This document shows, one piece after another, positions 28,257 to 37,934 of a DNA stretch of 55,654 bases. The notes under the pieces were generated by a model, which ran no database searches, was not told the origin of the DNA, and was given only the letters and a program-made list of their open reading frames with translations. The stretch spans positions 1 to 55,654 of the forward strand of contig JBHIFP010000001.1 in assembly GCA_046761145.1 (NCBI GenBank), read 5' to 3'. The DNA comes from Candidatus Hydrothermarchaeales archaeon (GTDB lineage Archaea > Hydrothermarchaeota > Hydrothermarchaeia > Hydrothermarchaeales > SZUA-236). The first letter of the stretch is position 1. Each line of letters opens with the position of its first letter. The position numbers were made by a program, and so were the translations under genes.

Positions 28257-29657
28257 ATGGACTGGGAGCTTATTGAGATGCTTGCATGGATACTGAATAT
28301 AGGTATATGTATAGCCTTACTCATCTTTGTTTATAAGCAAAAGGTGAGAGAATATCCATTCCTAAAAAAGCAGTTTTATCTATTTTACTCGGCGATGGCT
28401 GTATTTTTTTCGTCCCATATCGTTCGACATCTCTTTGAGGGGGTTCTAAAATTCACGTGGTCACTTGAGGCGTTTGGATTGATTTTAGCCGCAACCGCTT
28501 TTGGGGGCATAGTCCCGGTTATAGTATATCCTCGCGCAACGACGCTCAAGGAGTTGATAAAAGAGGATCTTGCCAATCCTCCGTATCTACATATCGTTTA
28601 CGCTCTTGTAATGGGTCTCGGTATTCTTTTTACCTTCTTCGGCGATCCATATGTCAGCGTTACACAACTTAGTCCCACCTACAAATCGTGGTATTTGGGT
28701 TACATGGCCGTTATCTTGATGTTGGCGACCCTCTTCCCCCCAATCTACATACTCCAGTACGTCGATAAGTTGAAAAAAGAAGGCCTCAGCACCAAGTATT
28801 TGGAGCGCCTAAAGTTGATCGTTTATTCTTACCTATTTCTTATGATTCTGATAAATTCATCCCATCTGATTATATATTATCTTAAAATCGAAGCTGTTGA
28901 AGTAGTTGGGTACGTCATCGCTATAGTACCCCTCTCTTTAATGGCCTATGCCCTCAAGGAACCGGGGCTGTTGGTGAAGTTCGTCTTTACAAAACCGGAA
29001 TTGAAAGTAAAGGAGGAGTTCGCCCCGCTACACGATAGTATCGGCCGTTCTGCTTTAATAGAATATAGCCCCACTTCCAAGTACGAGGATGTGGCGATAT
29101 CGATGGTCTTGAGTTATTTAAGTGTGGGCAAGAATGTAGTTCTCGTCTCGACCCATCCAAAGACGGATGTATATCATGCAAAGCTCAAAGAATTCATCCA
29201 ACAGGACATGACAAAACTCGTCAATGTTTCTACCGGGGCTGATGTAAGTACACAAGTAGCTGGGGCATTGACAGAAGACAAAACGACGAAGACGCTGAAC
29301 ATTCTCATAAACAATTTAGAGTACTTCGTAGAAGTAACTGAAAAGATACCGCCCCAAGGCGTGCTGCTCTTCACGCCCTTATCAGAGATCATCTTATATG
29401 GCGGGGATGAGAGTGCGTATAGATTTATCTCCAACCTAACGGCTGACGTCGCTAGCGAAGGCCGCACCTTGATCGCCTTTTTGAATCGCGATGCTCATGA
29501 TGAAAAGACTAGGGGGGCCTTTGAGGGATTGTTCGCCAATATCCTTCAGACGATAGACGATAGATTGGTGACCTTGAAAGGAGAAAAAAAGGAATTGATG
29601 ATTGGAACGTTCGAGAGACCTATCGTGGAAGAGTTGCTCAAAGAAAAAGAGGAATAG
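28257..29657 (+). CDS. Polytopic (about 7 TM) membrane protein with C-terminal P-loop-less KaiC-like (DUF835-like) domain
   Basis: 466 aa. N-terminal 240 aa hydrophobic. The C-terminal 210 aa has a KaiC-like strand order (ALIEYSPTSKYEDVA, VVLVSTHP, VLLFTPLSEI, RTLIAFLN) but no GxxGxGK[ST]. Confidence 0.7.
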   Translation: MDWELIEMLAWILNIGICIALLIFVYKQKVREYPFLKKQFYLFYSAMAVFFSSHIVRHLFEGVLKFTWSLEAFGLILAATAFGGIVPVIVYPRATTLKELIKEDLANPPYLHIVYALVMGLGILFTFFGDPYVSVTQLSPTYKSWYLGYMAVILMLATLFPPIYILQYVDKLKKEGLSTKYLERLKLIVYSYLFLMILINSSHLIIYYLKIEAVEVVGYVIAIVPLSLMAYALKEPGLLVKFVFTKPELKVKEEFAPLHDSIGRSALIEYSPTSKYEDVAISMVLSYLSVGKNVVLVSTHPKTDVYHAKLKEFIQQDMTKLVNVSTGADVSTQVAGALTEDKTTKTLNILINNLEYFVEVTEKIPPQGVLLFTPLSEIILYGGDESAYRFISNLTADVASEGRTLIAFLNRDAHDEKTRGAFEGLFANILQTIDDRLVTLKGEKKELMIGTFERPIVEELLKEKEE

Positions 29658-29702
29658 ATGCGTATCGATCGACTATAATTGCTCCTTTATTCGCGCAAAG
29701 TA

Positions 29703-30245
29703 CTATGCCCTTTTGAACCTCCTCATCTCCATCCCCGCAACAAAGAATGGGCCACTGATATGGCCCAAGGGCTCTGCCTTCTCAACGTTCACGACCTTGT
29801 CGAAGAACTCATCTCTGATCTCCGCTTCCAAGACCCTCCCGGCTATCAAGATATGGTCCCCAACTTCAAGGGAACTTTCCATTTTGCATTCGAACCAAGC
29901 GTAGGCCTCTTTGATTCTAGGCGGCTTTACCTTCTTTGATTCCTCCTCGGTCAAACCGGCCTCTTTGATCTCGCTGACCCCATAGGGGAAGTCCTGCTCC
30001 AATATATGCATCAGAGGTCCAAAATCTTGGCCTACTATGTTCACAACGAACTCGCCATTTTCTCTTATATTCCGCCACGTATCGTGAGTCGGCTGGCAAG
30101 AGATGCCGAAGATGGGGGGATTTATGCTTATGGGGGAGTTGAAGCTAAAAGGCGCTGCATTCGAGATTCCGTTTTCGGAGATGGTCGACACCACTACTAC
30201 CGACCTCGGTAGGAGTTTATAGTAACCTGGGCCTTTGATCTTCAT
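29703..30245 (-). CDS. Flavin reductase-like FMN-binding protein (flavoredoxin family)
   Basis: 180 aa. VVVVSTISENGISNAAPFS signature. Confidence 0.85.
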   Translation of the reverse strand: MKIKGPGYYKLLPRSVVVVSTISENGISNAAPFSFNSPISINPPIFGISCQPTHDTWRNIRENGEFVVNIVGQDFGPLMHILEQDFPYGVSEIKEAGLTEEESKKVKPPRIKEAYAWFECKMESSLEVGDHILIAGRVLEAEIRDEFFDKVVNVEKAEPLGHISGPFFVAGMEMRRFKRA

Positions 30246-31126
30246 CCTATCACCTCCTCCCTCCAGCTGACGACCATATGGGTCTTCACGATCTCAAAAT
30301 ATGGCGCGAGGATCAGTCCTACTAGAAGGGAGAACAGATTTCTGGAAGACTCTACGATAAATTTCCCCATAACACTACCACCAACGATGAAGTTCAGTGG
30401 CACGAATATTCCTACCGTAACGATCCCAACGACGATGAGTATGATCATCACCACTACCCCATATACCAAGACCTCTAGGATATTCTTTCTGACGAAAGCA
30501 TAACTCCCCTTGATCCCCCCATATATGCCCGTATCTTCTAGGACTATACATTGGGGTGTGAACAAAGTAACGACGAAGATCAGTAGAAAGAGGATCATAG
30601 CCGAGAGGAGGCCCAGTATCACCGAAGCGATCATCAAGAATCTGCTCGCTCCTGCTATAGCCACCAAAATCAGAGGAAGAAAACCGGGTAAGATCGCGAT
30701 TATCAGTAAGAAGAACAACAATATCATAAATCCAAATACTTTCAAGGCATGCTTTTTGACACTACTCCATCCCCTCATAAGGTCCGTTTTTCTCATATCA
30801 ATACCTTCCTCCGCCATCCCGATTATTGCCACTCGGGCAGAGGCGTTTAAAAACGTCGTTACCAGCACCAAAAGTAAAAATCCCAAGAGCAAAATGAAGA
30901 TAACAAAAAATCCAGATGCGCCGAGATGGCTTATCAAGGCCTTTGGATCGTAGAGAGATGCGAATGCTATTCGAGAGATGCCCAGACCTATCACGAGCAA
31001 AGCCAAGAATCCAAATACGAGGAGTAATCCTATATCAATGACATATTTGACCAGGTGTGGCAACAGAAATATCAGATTATCTTTGTAGATATGAAATGAA
31101 TCCTTGAATGACCTTACTACATCCAT
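30242..31126 (-). CDS. Hypothetical polytopic membrane protein
   Basis: 294 aa, 6 or more TM segments. 4-nt overlap with the downstream flavin reductase gene. Confidence 0.6.
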   Translation of the reverse strand: MDVVRSFKDSFHIYKDNLIFLLPHLVKYVIDIGLLLVFGFLALLVIGLGISRIAFASLYDPKALISHLGASGFFVIFILLLGFLLLVLVTTFLNASARVAIIGMAEEGIDMRKTDLMRGWSSVKKHALKVFGFMILLFFLLIIAILPGFLPLILVAIAGASRFLMIASVILGLLSAMILFLLIFVVTLFTPQCIVLEDTGIYGGIKGSYAFVRKNILEVLVYGVVVMIILIVVGIVTVGIFVPLNFIVGGSVMGKFIVESSRNLFSLLVGLILAPYFEIVKTHMVVSWREEVIG

Positions 31127-31134
31127 GGCATCAT

Positions 31135-31644
31135 CTACTTGAGCTTCTTTGCCTCAGAAACGTATCTCTCCAGAATTTTTGTCGAAATTCCGGTCTCTTC
31201 GGCAACCTTGGCCAGATCAGCCTTTATCAAATCATTCGCCGATTTTACTCCAGTCTCGTGCAACTTCTTAGCTCTTTTTGGCCCCAAACCTTTGATATCT
31301 GTTAGAGGGATGATCTTTTCTTTCTCTTTCGCCGCTTTCTTTTTGGCCACCTTCTTTCTAAGTGCCTTTTTCACTTTCTCCGCCTTTTTTGGTTTCCTCC
31401 TCTTTTTCGCTACCTCTTTGCGTTTGGTTATCTTTCTGGCTCTTGCTTTTTTCTCCATCTCCTCCTCTATCTCTTTGCTCTTCCTCCTCAAGAGTTCGAC
31501 ATTTTTGGGATAGACGGTTCTCCTCCTCTTGTCAACCGCAAAGCCCATTTTCTTTGCTTTAATGGTGGGCAAGCCCGCTTCATTGAGTTCCCCAATGCTG
31601 AATCCCCTGCCCTCTCTATCCCGTTTAACCTTTCCCCTGATCAT
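31135..31644 (-). CDS. Ribosomal protein L13e-like domain fused to Lys-rich linker and helix-hairpin-helix domain
   Basis: N-terminus GRGFSIGELNEAGL...GFAVDKRRR matches the eL13 core motif. A K/E/R-rich middle. C-terminal IKGLGPKRAKKLHETGVKSANDL HhH. Confidence 0.65.
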   Translation of the reverse strand: MIRGKVKRDREGRGFSIGELNEAGLPTIKAKKMGFAVDKRRRTVYPKNVELLRRKSKEIEEEMEKKARARKITKRKEVAKKRRKPKKAEKVKKALRKKVAKKKAAKEKEKIIPLTDIKGLGPKRAKKLHETGVKSANDLIKADLAKVAEETGISTKILERYVSEAKKLK

Positions 31645-31658
31645 TACATCACCTTAAT

Positions 31659-32543
31659 TCATAAGTCCAATTTTGCCAATTCCTTCTTTAATACCTCTAC
31701 GGACTTCAAGAACATGGCTTCTTCATCAGAGTCGATAGAAACCTTGGCCGCCTTTACTCCGTTCTTACTAACAACAGATGGAATTCCTGTATATACATCT
31801 AGATCTTCGATATAAGTAGATACAGGTATGACGCGCTTTTGATCCTCCACTATGCTCTCGACAATATCGGCTATAGCAACGGCTGGGGCGAACCACGTGC
31901 CCCCTTTCATTCTGATGACTTCTCCTCCTCCCACCACCACGTTCCTGAATATCCCTTCCAATTTCTCTCTATCAAATTTTCCCGGATCTAGCCTGCTAAA
32001 AACCGGGACCATGGCATCGCCATGTTCCCCGATGACAAATGCATCTACATCGCCAGCGTCGACGCCATACTCTTCTGAGAGGAGGGACCTCAATCTGATG
32101 GTATCGAGGGCGGTGCCAAGACCAAAGACTTTGCCTTTCGGGAATCCAGAGATCTTTTGTGCTACGTAGGTCATCACGTCGACGGGATTTGAGACGACCA
32201 ATAAAATGCAATCTTCGTTGAATTTTGTCACGTTTTCGATGATGTCCTTCATTATCTCGGCATTCCTCTTGGTCAAGTCGAGTCTACTATCGCCGGGCTT
32301 TCTAGAGACGCCTGCTGCGATGATCACTATATCAGAGCCTTTGCTCAACGAGTAGTCACTTGTTCCAACCACATCGATTTTGGCTCTCATGCCGGATAAA
32401 CTATGCCGTAAATCCAGGGCCTCTCCTCCGGCCCTTTCTCCCGCAATATCGATCAATATCAGCTCGTCGCACAATCCTCGTTCCATTAAGACAAAGGCAG
32501 CGGTGGCACCAACTCTGCCAGCACCTATGATGCTAATCTTCAT
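31659..32543 (-). CDS. mdh: Malate/L-lactate dehydrogenase (LDH-like MDH)
   Basis: 294 aa. IIGAGRVG Rossmann motif, GEHGD catalytic His region. Confidence 0.9.
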   Translation of the reverse strand: MKISIIGAGRVGATAAFVLMERGLCDELILIDIAGERAGGEALDLRHSLSGMRAKIDVVGTSDYSLSKGSDIVIIAAGVSRKPGDSRLDLTKRNAEIMKDIIENVTKFNEDCILLVVSNPVDVMTYVAQKISGFPKGKVFGLGTALDTIRLRSLLSEEYGVDAGDVDAFVIGEHGDAMVPVFSRLDPGKFDREKLEGIFRNVVVGGGEVIRMKGGTWFAPAVAIADIVESIVEDQKRVIPVSTYIEDLDVYTGIPSVVSKNGVKAAKVSIDSDEEAMFLKSVEVLKKELAKLDL

Positions 32544-32558
32544 ACCACTTCCTCTATA

Positions 32559-33467
32559 TTACCTCAAAAGGAGGGATAGCAATGCCTTCTGTACATGTAG
32601 CCTATTTTCGGCCTGATCGAAGACTATGGAATTCGGGGAGTTCAAGACATCGTCCGTGATCTCGAGACCCCGTTTCGCGGGTAAGCAGTGCATTATCAAG
32701 GGGTTGTTGGCTTTTTTGAGGAGTTCTGTATCCACTTGATAACCTTGAAAGTCTCTCAGCCTCTTCTTCTCCTCCTCTTCTTGTCCCATGCTGACCCAGA
32801 CATCGGTGTAAATTATATCGGCGCCTTTGACAGCTATTTTGGGATCCCTCATTAGTTCGAGTTTGGAGCCCTTTTCAACTGCAATTTTTTTGGCATCCTC
32901 GAAGATTTCTTTATCGGGCTCATACCCTCTCGGGCATGCCATTGAGATATCGACTCCGGTCATTGCACAGCCCAACATCAAGGAATTGCAGGTGTTGTTC
33001 CCATCGCCGATATATGCGAGTTTCACTCCGTCAAAACCACCCTTCTTCTCCCTAATTGTGAATAAATCCGATATGATCTGACAAGGGTGCTCCAAGTCCG
33101 ACAATCCGTTGATGACCGGTACCTCGGCATGGGCCCCCAATTCAATAACGTCCGCGTGCCTATTTGCCCGAATCACTATCCCATCGACGTACTTGCTCAA
33201 GGTTATGGCGGTGTCCGACAGACTCTCGCCCCTTCCGAGTTGCATCTCGCCCCATCCCAAGTGTATAGCATGGCCCCCCAGTTGGGTCATGGCTGCCTCG
33301 AATGATACCCTCGTCCTCGTGGAAGGTTTTTCGAAGATCATGGCGAGGCTCTTGTCCTTCAGGTACTCTCTGAATATCCCTTTTTTCGCTTCTTTTTTCA
33401 TCTCCTCCGATCCCTGAAAGATCGTATCCAATTTATCAGTGACATCCACCACGGAAATTAGATCCAT
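32559..33467 (-). CDS. argF: Ornithine carbamoyltransferase
   Basis: 302 aa. STRTR, HPCQ, HCLP motifs. Confidence 0.95.
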   Translation of the reverse strand: MDLISVVDVTDKLDTIFQGSEEMKKEAKKGIFREYLKDKSLAMIFEKPSTRTRVSFEAAMTQLGGHAIHLGWGEMQLGRGESLSDTAITLSKYVDGIVIRANRHADVIELGAHAEVPVINGLSDLEHPCQIISDLFTIREKKGGFDGVKLAYIGDGNNTCNSLMLGCAMTGVDISMACPRGYEPDKEIFEDAKKIAVEKGSKLELMRDPKIAVKGADIIYTDVWVSMGQEEEEKKRLRDFQGYQVDTELLKKANNPLIMHCLPAKRGLEITDDVLNSPNSIVFDQAENRLHVQKALLSLLLR

Positions 33468-33529
33468 TTGGATTCCTCGTTGTCAATGGTCCTCTTTCTT
33501 CCATCATATTGCATTGGAGCCATATAGGT

Positions 33530-34912
33530 TTACGAACCCCTCAGTCTCTTCATATTCTCTATACTCTTTTCTATGTGTTCTTGCGATCCAATATCCCACC
33601 TGTTCCATAGCGACCCGTCGATGGCCACGATGCCTTCTAGCGAGATTTTCCTCGCACTCCGGATATCATCCCCCACGCCTACACAGCACACAGCTCTCGA
33701 GCCTAAGGCATAGGTTTTTCCATCTTCTCTCAATTCCATAGAACCCGGATAGATCTTGAGCATGTCTTTGTAAGTTCCGCTCACATTATAAACCCCGCTC
33801 AAATCGACTTGAACATCGCCTGAAAATTTCTTTCTATATCCGCCATAGGTCATGGGCACGGCATAGGTCACAACCGTTGAGTATGGCTCAAATTCAACCT
33901 TTGTCAATCTTTCGTCGATCATATCGAGGCATGTATCCACAAAATCTCCCTTCACGATCGGCAGTAAATTCTGTATCTCCGGATCGCCGGGTCTACTGTT
34001 GATTTCAAAGACCTTTACACCATCTTCCGCGCACGTATATGCCATGTACAAAGGGATACCGCGCAATCCCGGATTGGTTCCATCACCTCTCAACTCTTTG
34101 AAGATCTTTCTGCCGATCTCGAGCCCGTCTTCCCAGTCCTTCTGATCCATAAAAGGCAATTTATCCCCCACATCTTTATAGGAGCCCATACCTCCGGTGT
34201 TTGGACCCCGATCGCCGTCAAAGGCCCTTTTATAATCCCTGACAGCAGGCGTTTCTACGAGGTGTTTTCCATCCGAAAAAAACTGCAGACTGAACTCCTC
34301 TCCAGCTATCTTTTCTTCTATTATCACTTTGCCATGTTCGTAGTTTGATAGGAAGTGATCGAAGAGCTCTTCTCTGCTATTAAAGTGATCTCCCCAAACA
34401 CCGACTCCTTTACCGGTGGCCGGCTTATCTGGCTTTACTGCGACTCGATTATCGAGCTCATCTAACCACGCCCAGAGTTCTTTTCTCAGCTCGTCTTTGC
34501 TACCGTGGTCTTTTGGATCGAATACCTTAAACCTAGGATTGGCCTCGGGGCAACATCTTCCCAATAGGTGGCGCTGGGCAACTTTGCTCCCTTCGATGGC
34601 ATATTCCTTTGTAGGACAGATCACAGGTATCTCGGTCTCTTCTTCAACCCTATCCCTAACTCCCTCTATTATCGGACCTTCGGGACCTACTATCCCGAAA
34701 TCGATCTCATCTTTGTGCCTTTTGGCAAATTCGGATATCTCCTCCACATCGAGGCCGAGCACAAAATCGGCGGATCTCTCGAGGATGAACGGGTTTTTCT
34801 GTTTATCTGCATCGAAGATTTTTACTTCGTAATTCTCACTGCGATAGAGGGCATCAGCGATGGCGGCCGCCCTCGACCCATAGCTGACGAGCAGAACGCC
34901 GACCTTCTCCAT
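33530..34912 (-). CDS. purD: Phosphoribosylamine--glycine ligase
   Basis: ATP-grasp with GPNTGGMGSY and GEEFSLQFFSDG motifs. Start at the ATG 4 nt after GGTGA; the ORF extends to 34936 by a TTG. Confidence 0.85.
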   Translation of the reverse strand: MEKVGVLLVSYGSRAAAIADALYRSENYEVKIFDADKQKNPFILERSADFVLGLDVEEISEFAKRHKDEIDFGIVGPEGPIIEGVRDRVEEETEIPVICPTKEYAIEGSKVAQRHLLGRCCPEANPRFKVFDPKDHGSKDELRKELWAWLDELDNRVAVKPDKPATGKGVGVWGDHFNSREELFDHFLSNYEHGKVIIEEKIAGEEFSLQFFSDGKHLVETPAVRDYKRAFDGDRGPNTGGMGSYKDVGDKLPFMDQKDWEDGLEIGRKIFKELRGDGTNPGLRGIPLYMAYTCAEDGVKVFEINSRPGDPEIQNLLPIVKGDFVDTCLDMIDERLTKVEFEPYSTVVTYAVPMTYGGYRKKFSGDVQVDLSGVYNVSGTYKDMLKIYPGSMELREDGKTYALGSRAVCCVGVGDDIRSARKISLEGIVAIDGSLWNRWDIGSQEHIEKSIENMKRLRGS

Positions 34913-34951
34913 CCAATCACCTTCCTTATCTTCCAACCTATAACCGCGCTC

Positions 34952-35512
34952 TTATTCGTAATAAAAGAGATTTGCTTCGATGACCAAAAGGGCAACTCCG
35001 ATCCCCAGTATAAGCAGGTGTACGACGATGATATATGCGATAAGGGCATAAGCTATTGCCTTTATGCTCGAGGCCATATCTACAATTAATTGAAAGCTCT
35101 CCAATGCGTCGTTCAGAGGGGTGGAGATATCGGAGATGACACCGCCGATGGCCGAGTTCAATAGTTGGACGTTGCTACTCGCCTCATCCAGATCCTCCCC
35201 CAGTTTCTGAAGTCCAGTGGAATTCAACTCGACTCCAGATGCCTCCGCGGACTTCGATGACTCTTTCAAACTCAAGGCGGTTTTGTTGATGGCGTTCTCT
35301 ATCCTTCCTCTATCCTTCTCCAACTTCTTTTGGATAGCGGAGATATCGGAAATGGCCTCGCTTACATCTCCCGAAGGGGATCTTAGATTGTACTCATACA
35401 CCACCTTCAGGACATAGACCCCCACAAAAATTCCGCTGATGCCCAGGACGATTAAAACGACGCCCAATACTCGCAGTAAAATAGGCGGAAAATCTCGCAT
35501 TTTGGCACCCAA
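34952..35512 (-). CDS. Hypothetical membrane protein with extracytoplasmic coiled coil
   Basis: 186 aa. N- and C-terminal TM segments flank a helical Ser/Glu-rich domain. Confidence 0.55.
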   Translation of the reverse strand: MGAKMRDFPPILLRVLGVVLIVLGISGIFVGVYVLKVVYEYNLRSPSGDVSEAISDISAIQKKLEKDRGRIENAINKTALSLKESSKSAEASGVELNSTGLQKLGEDLDEASSNVQLLNSAIGGVISDISTPLNDALESFQLIVDMASSIKAIAYALIAYIIVVHLLILGIGVALLVIEANLFYYE

Positions 35513-35532
35513 AAGTGAATTTCTCTGGACAT

Positions 35533-36051
35533 TTATAAATCTTTCATAGTAACCAACGATACCAACGCTATATTAAGCTTTTTAAGATTCTCAGAAGCCC
35601 CCTCCAGTCTATCGACTACGGCTATCACTTTATCGCATATACCTCCCTCCCTTCTGATGACGTTGACTGCTGATGCGACGGATGCGCCCGTCGTCGTCAC
35701 ATCCTCCACTATAACTACCTTCTCTCCTGGATTCAATTCCCCCTCTACCCTTCTCCCGGTGCCGTGCATCCTCACTCCCTTCCTTATCATCACAAAGGGT
35801 ATTCCGGACTCCAAACTCAACGCTGCGGCTAGAGGCACCGCCCCAACTTCTACCCCGGCCACTCTATCTATCTCTTCGTCCCCTATAGCTTCATTCATCC
35901 CCTCCGCAATCATCTTCAGGACCTTTGGATCCGTGTATGCCTTCTTGACATCTATGTAATATGGGCTCTTCTTCCCGGATGCCAAAGTAAACTCCCCTCT
36001 TTCCAAAGCTCGCTCTCTCAAGATTTCGACGAGTCTTGGCTTGGAATACAT
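35533..36051 (-). CDS. pyrE: Orotate phosphoribosyltransferase
   Basis: PRPP motif VVIVEDVTTTGAS. Start at MYSKPRLVEIL (TGATG overlap with the carS stop); the ORF track extends to 36144. Confidence 0.9.
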   Translation of the reverse strand: MYSKPRLVEILRERALERGEFTLASGKKSPYYIDVKKAYTDPKVLKMIAEGMNEAIGDEEIDRVAGVEVGAVPLAAALSLESGIPFVMIRKGVRMHGTGRRVEGELNPGEKVVIVEDVTTTGASVASAVNVIRREGGICDKVIAVVDRLEGASENLKKLNIALVSLVTMKDL

Positions 36052-36554
36052 CACCACGGCACCTCTTTCATCTTGAGGCTGAATCCGATGACATTGACCG
36101 CGAGGTGCCCCACGGGCGTCAATAACACCAAGATCATGATCCACTCGAGAGATATGGCTACGACGAGGCTCGCGAGGAACAATCCCCCAAAGACGAAGTC
36201 CAACTGATCCAGCAATGGCGCGGATTCTCCCTTCTCCATTCCCAGTCTCCGTTTGGCAAAACTCCCTACAGCGTCGCCGAGGATCGCGCCGAGGGACAAC
36301 AAGAAGGCGATGTAAACGCCCTCCGTGAACGGAGAACTCGTCAGCAAATTTAGCACCACGATAAACCCTACACCACAGAAGATGCCGAGAATGGAGCCTT
36401 TTATTGTTACGCCATCTCCCAAAATCCTGTGCCCATCCAAAAAGGATTTGCCAAAATCGAGGGGCGTGCCAGAACCAAATCCGGCAAAGAAATTAGCAAC
36501 GTATGCGGGCAAAAAGAAATATAAAGCCTCAAAAATGCTTTTGATGGTGATCAT
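36051..36554 (-). CDS. carS: CDP-archaeol synthase (DUF46 family)
   Basis: 167 aa. LPAYVANFF...PLDFG...DGHRILGDGVT signature, 5 TM. Confidence 0.85.
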   Translation of the reverse strand: MITIKSIFEALYFFLPAYVANFFAGFGSGTPLDFGKSFLDGHRILGDGVTIKGSILGIFCGVGFIVVLNLLTSSPFTEGVYIAFLLSLGAILGDAVGSFAKRRLGMEKGESAPLLDQLDFVFGGLFLASLVVAISLEWIMILVLLTPVGHLAVNVIGFSLKMKEVPW

Positions 36555-36855
36555 GATTTTTACACCAAGTAACTAGAATCCCATATGCTAAATAAGTTTA
36601 TCGCATCGCTATGGATCAAATTTCGATTTATAATATAAAGCACTTCATCTCTGATTGGGCGAGATATTTGGCAGCTGTTCCCAAGAAATACTCAATCTGT
36701 GATATCTTTCGGTATTTCGCTTCTTTTCTCTTCACACATTTCTCCTTGCCTTTGAGTATCCTAAATTCGCAAGGTAATTTTGAATTCGAATTTATTCCTC
36801 CCTTTCTATGCCCAAAAATTCATAAAGCTTGATCGAGATAATCTTGAGCGATACC

Positions 36856-37554
36856 ATGAAACTCCTCTACAAGGGCAAGGCCAAGAGCATGTACGAGAAG
36901 GGCAAAGACGAGGTAATAATGGAATTCAGGGACGACCTTACGGCGGGAGACGGGGCGAAGAAAGCCACGAAGGAGGGCAAAGGAGCTCTGAACGCGGAGA
37001 TCTCCGCTAGGCTTTTGAAGTTGATGGAGGATAGCGGTGTCAAGACGCATTTCATAGAGTTTCAAAGGCCGGATAAGTTCCTTGTGAAGAGGGTCGAGAT
37101 AATACCTCTAGAGGTCATATGCAGGAATGTAGCCACTGGAAGCTTGGTGAGGCGATACCCCTTTGAGGAGGGCCAAGAGCTGAGCCCACCCATAATCGAG
37201 TTCGGTTACAAGAGCGACGAGTACCACGATCCCATGTTGAACGATGACATTGCCATAGCCTTGGGTGTAAGTACCAAAGAGGAGTTGGATCAAATAAAGG
37301 GGATAACCCTAAAAGTGAATGAGATCTTGAAAGGCTTTTTGAATCCAAGGGGCATCATCTTGGTCGACTTCAAGCTCGAGTTCGGAAGAGATTCGAAGGG
37401 CAACCTCCTTTTAGCCGACGAGATCTCCCCGGATACATGCAGATTCTGGGATGCGGAGACGAAGGAGATCATGGACAAGGACAGGTTCAGAAAGGATCTG
37501 GGAGACGTATTGGAGTACTACAGAGAGGTCAGGAGAAGGGTCTTGGGGGGTTAG
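36856..37554 (+). CDS. purC: SAICAR synthetase
   Basis: LYKGKAKSMYE start and LADEISPDTCRFWD motif. The ORF track starts at 36829. Confidence 0.9.
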   Translation: MKLLYKGKAKSMYEKGKDEVIMEFRDDLTAGDGAKKATKEGKGALNAEISARLLKLMEDSGVKTHFIEFQRPDKFLVKRVEIIPLEVICRNVATGSLVRRYPFEEGQELSPPIIEFGYKSDEYHDPMLNDDIAIALGVSTKEELDQIKGITLKVNEILKGFLNPRGIILVDFKLEFGRDSKGNLLLADEISPDTCRFWDAETKEIMDKDRFRKDLGDVLEYYREVRRRVLGG

Positions 37555-37562
37555 AAGGTAGG

Positions 37563-37844
37563 TCAATCCTTTTTTGGTCCACATATGGGTTTCAGAATGT
37601 CAGAAATAGCATCGTAATCTATGTCCTCTTTCTTCAAAGTCGTTATTTTATTTGATATGAATGAGACGAAGACGGCGTTGCCTTCCCTATCAATTCTTAT
37701 TGTGCCTCTCCCATCTTCGGATATGAGGAAGATATAGTCCCCCAACTTCAGCTCGTTACAAAATGGCGCCGTTCTGAAGTCGGTCAAGACGGTCTCTATC
37801 TCGTACAACGTGCGCATCTGGTCGATGGAGTTTAAAAGCGACAC
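37563..37844 (-). CDS. Hypothetical protein
   Basis: 93-aa ORF with a GTG start near a GGAG. No recognisable motif. Confidence 0.4.
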   Translation of the reverse strand: MSLLNSIDQMRTLYEIETVLTDFRTAPFCNELKLGDYIFLISEDGRGTIRIDREGNAVFVSFISNKITTLKKEDIDYDAISDILKPICGPKKD

Positions 37845-37934
37845 CTATCTCCTCTCTTATAACCTCTAATTCTTCTGGATAACAGTTAGTAATATTTAAA
37901 GATTATCACCATTAAGAGTATATTCGTGGTTAAA

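Noticed and set aside
36611-36832. 73-aa ORF in the carS-purC divergent intergenic region
   Set aside because: It has no ribosome-binding motif and an odd Phe/Ile/Ser-rich composition. It occupies the space expected to hold two divergent promoters.
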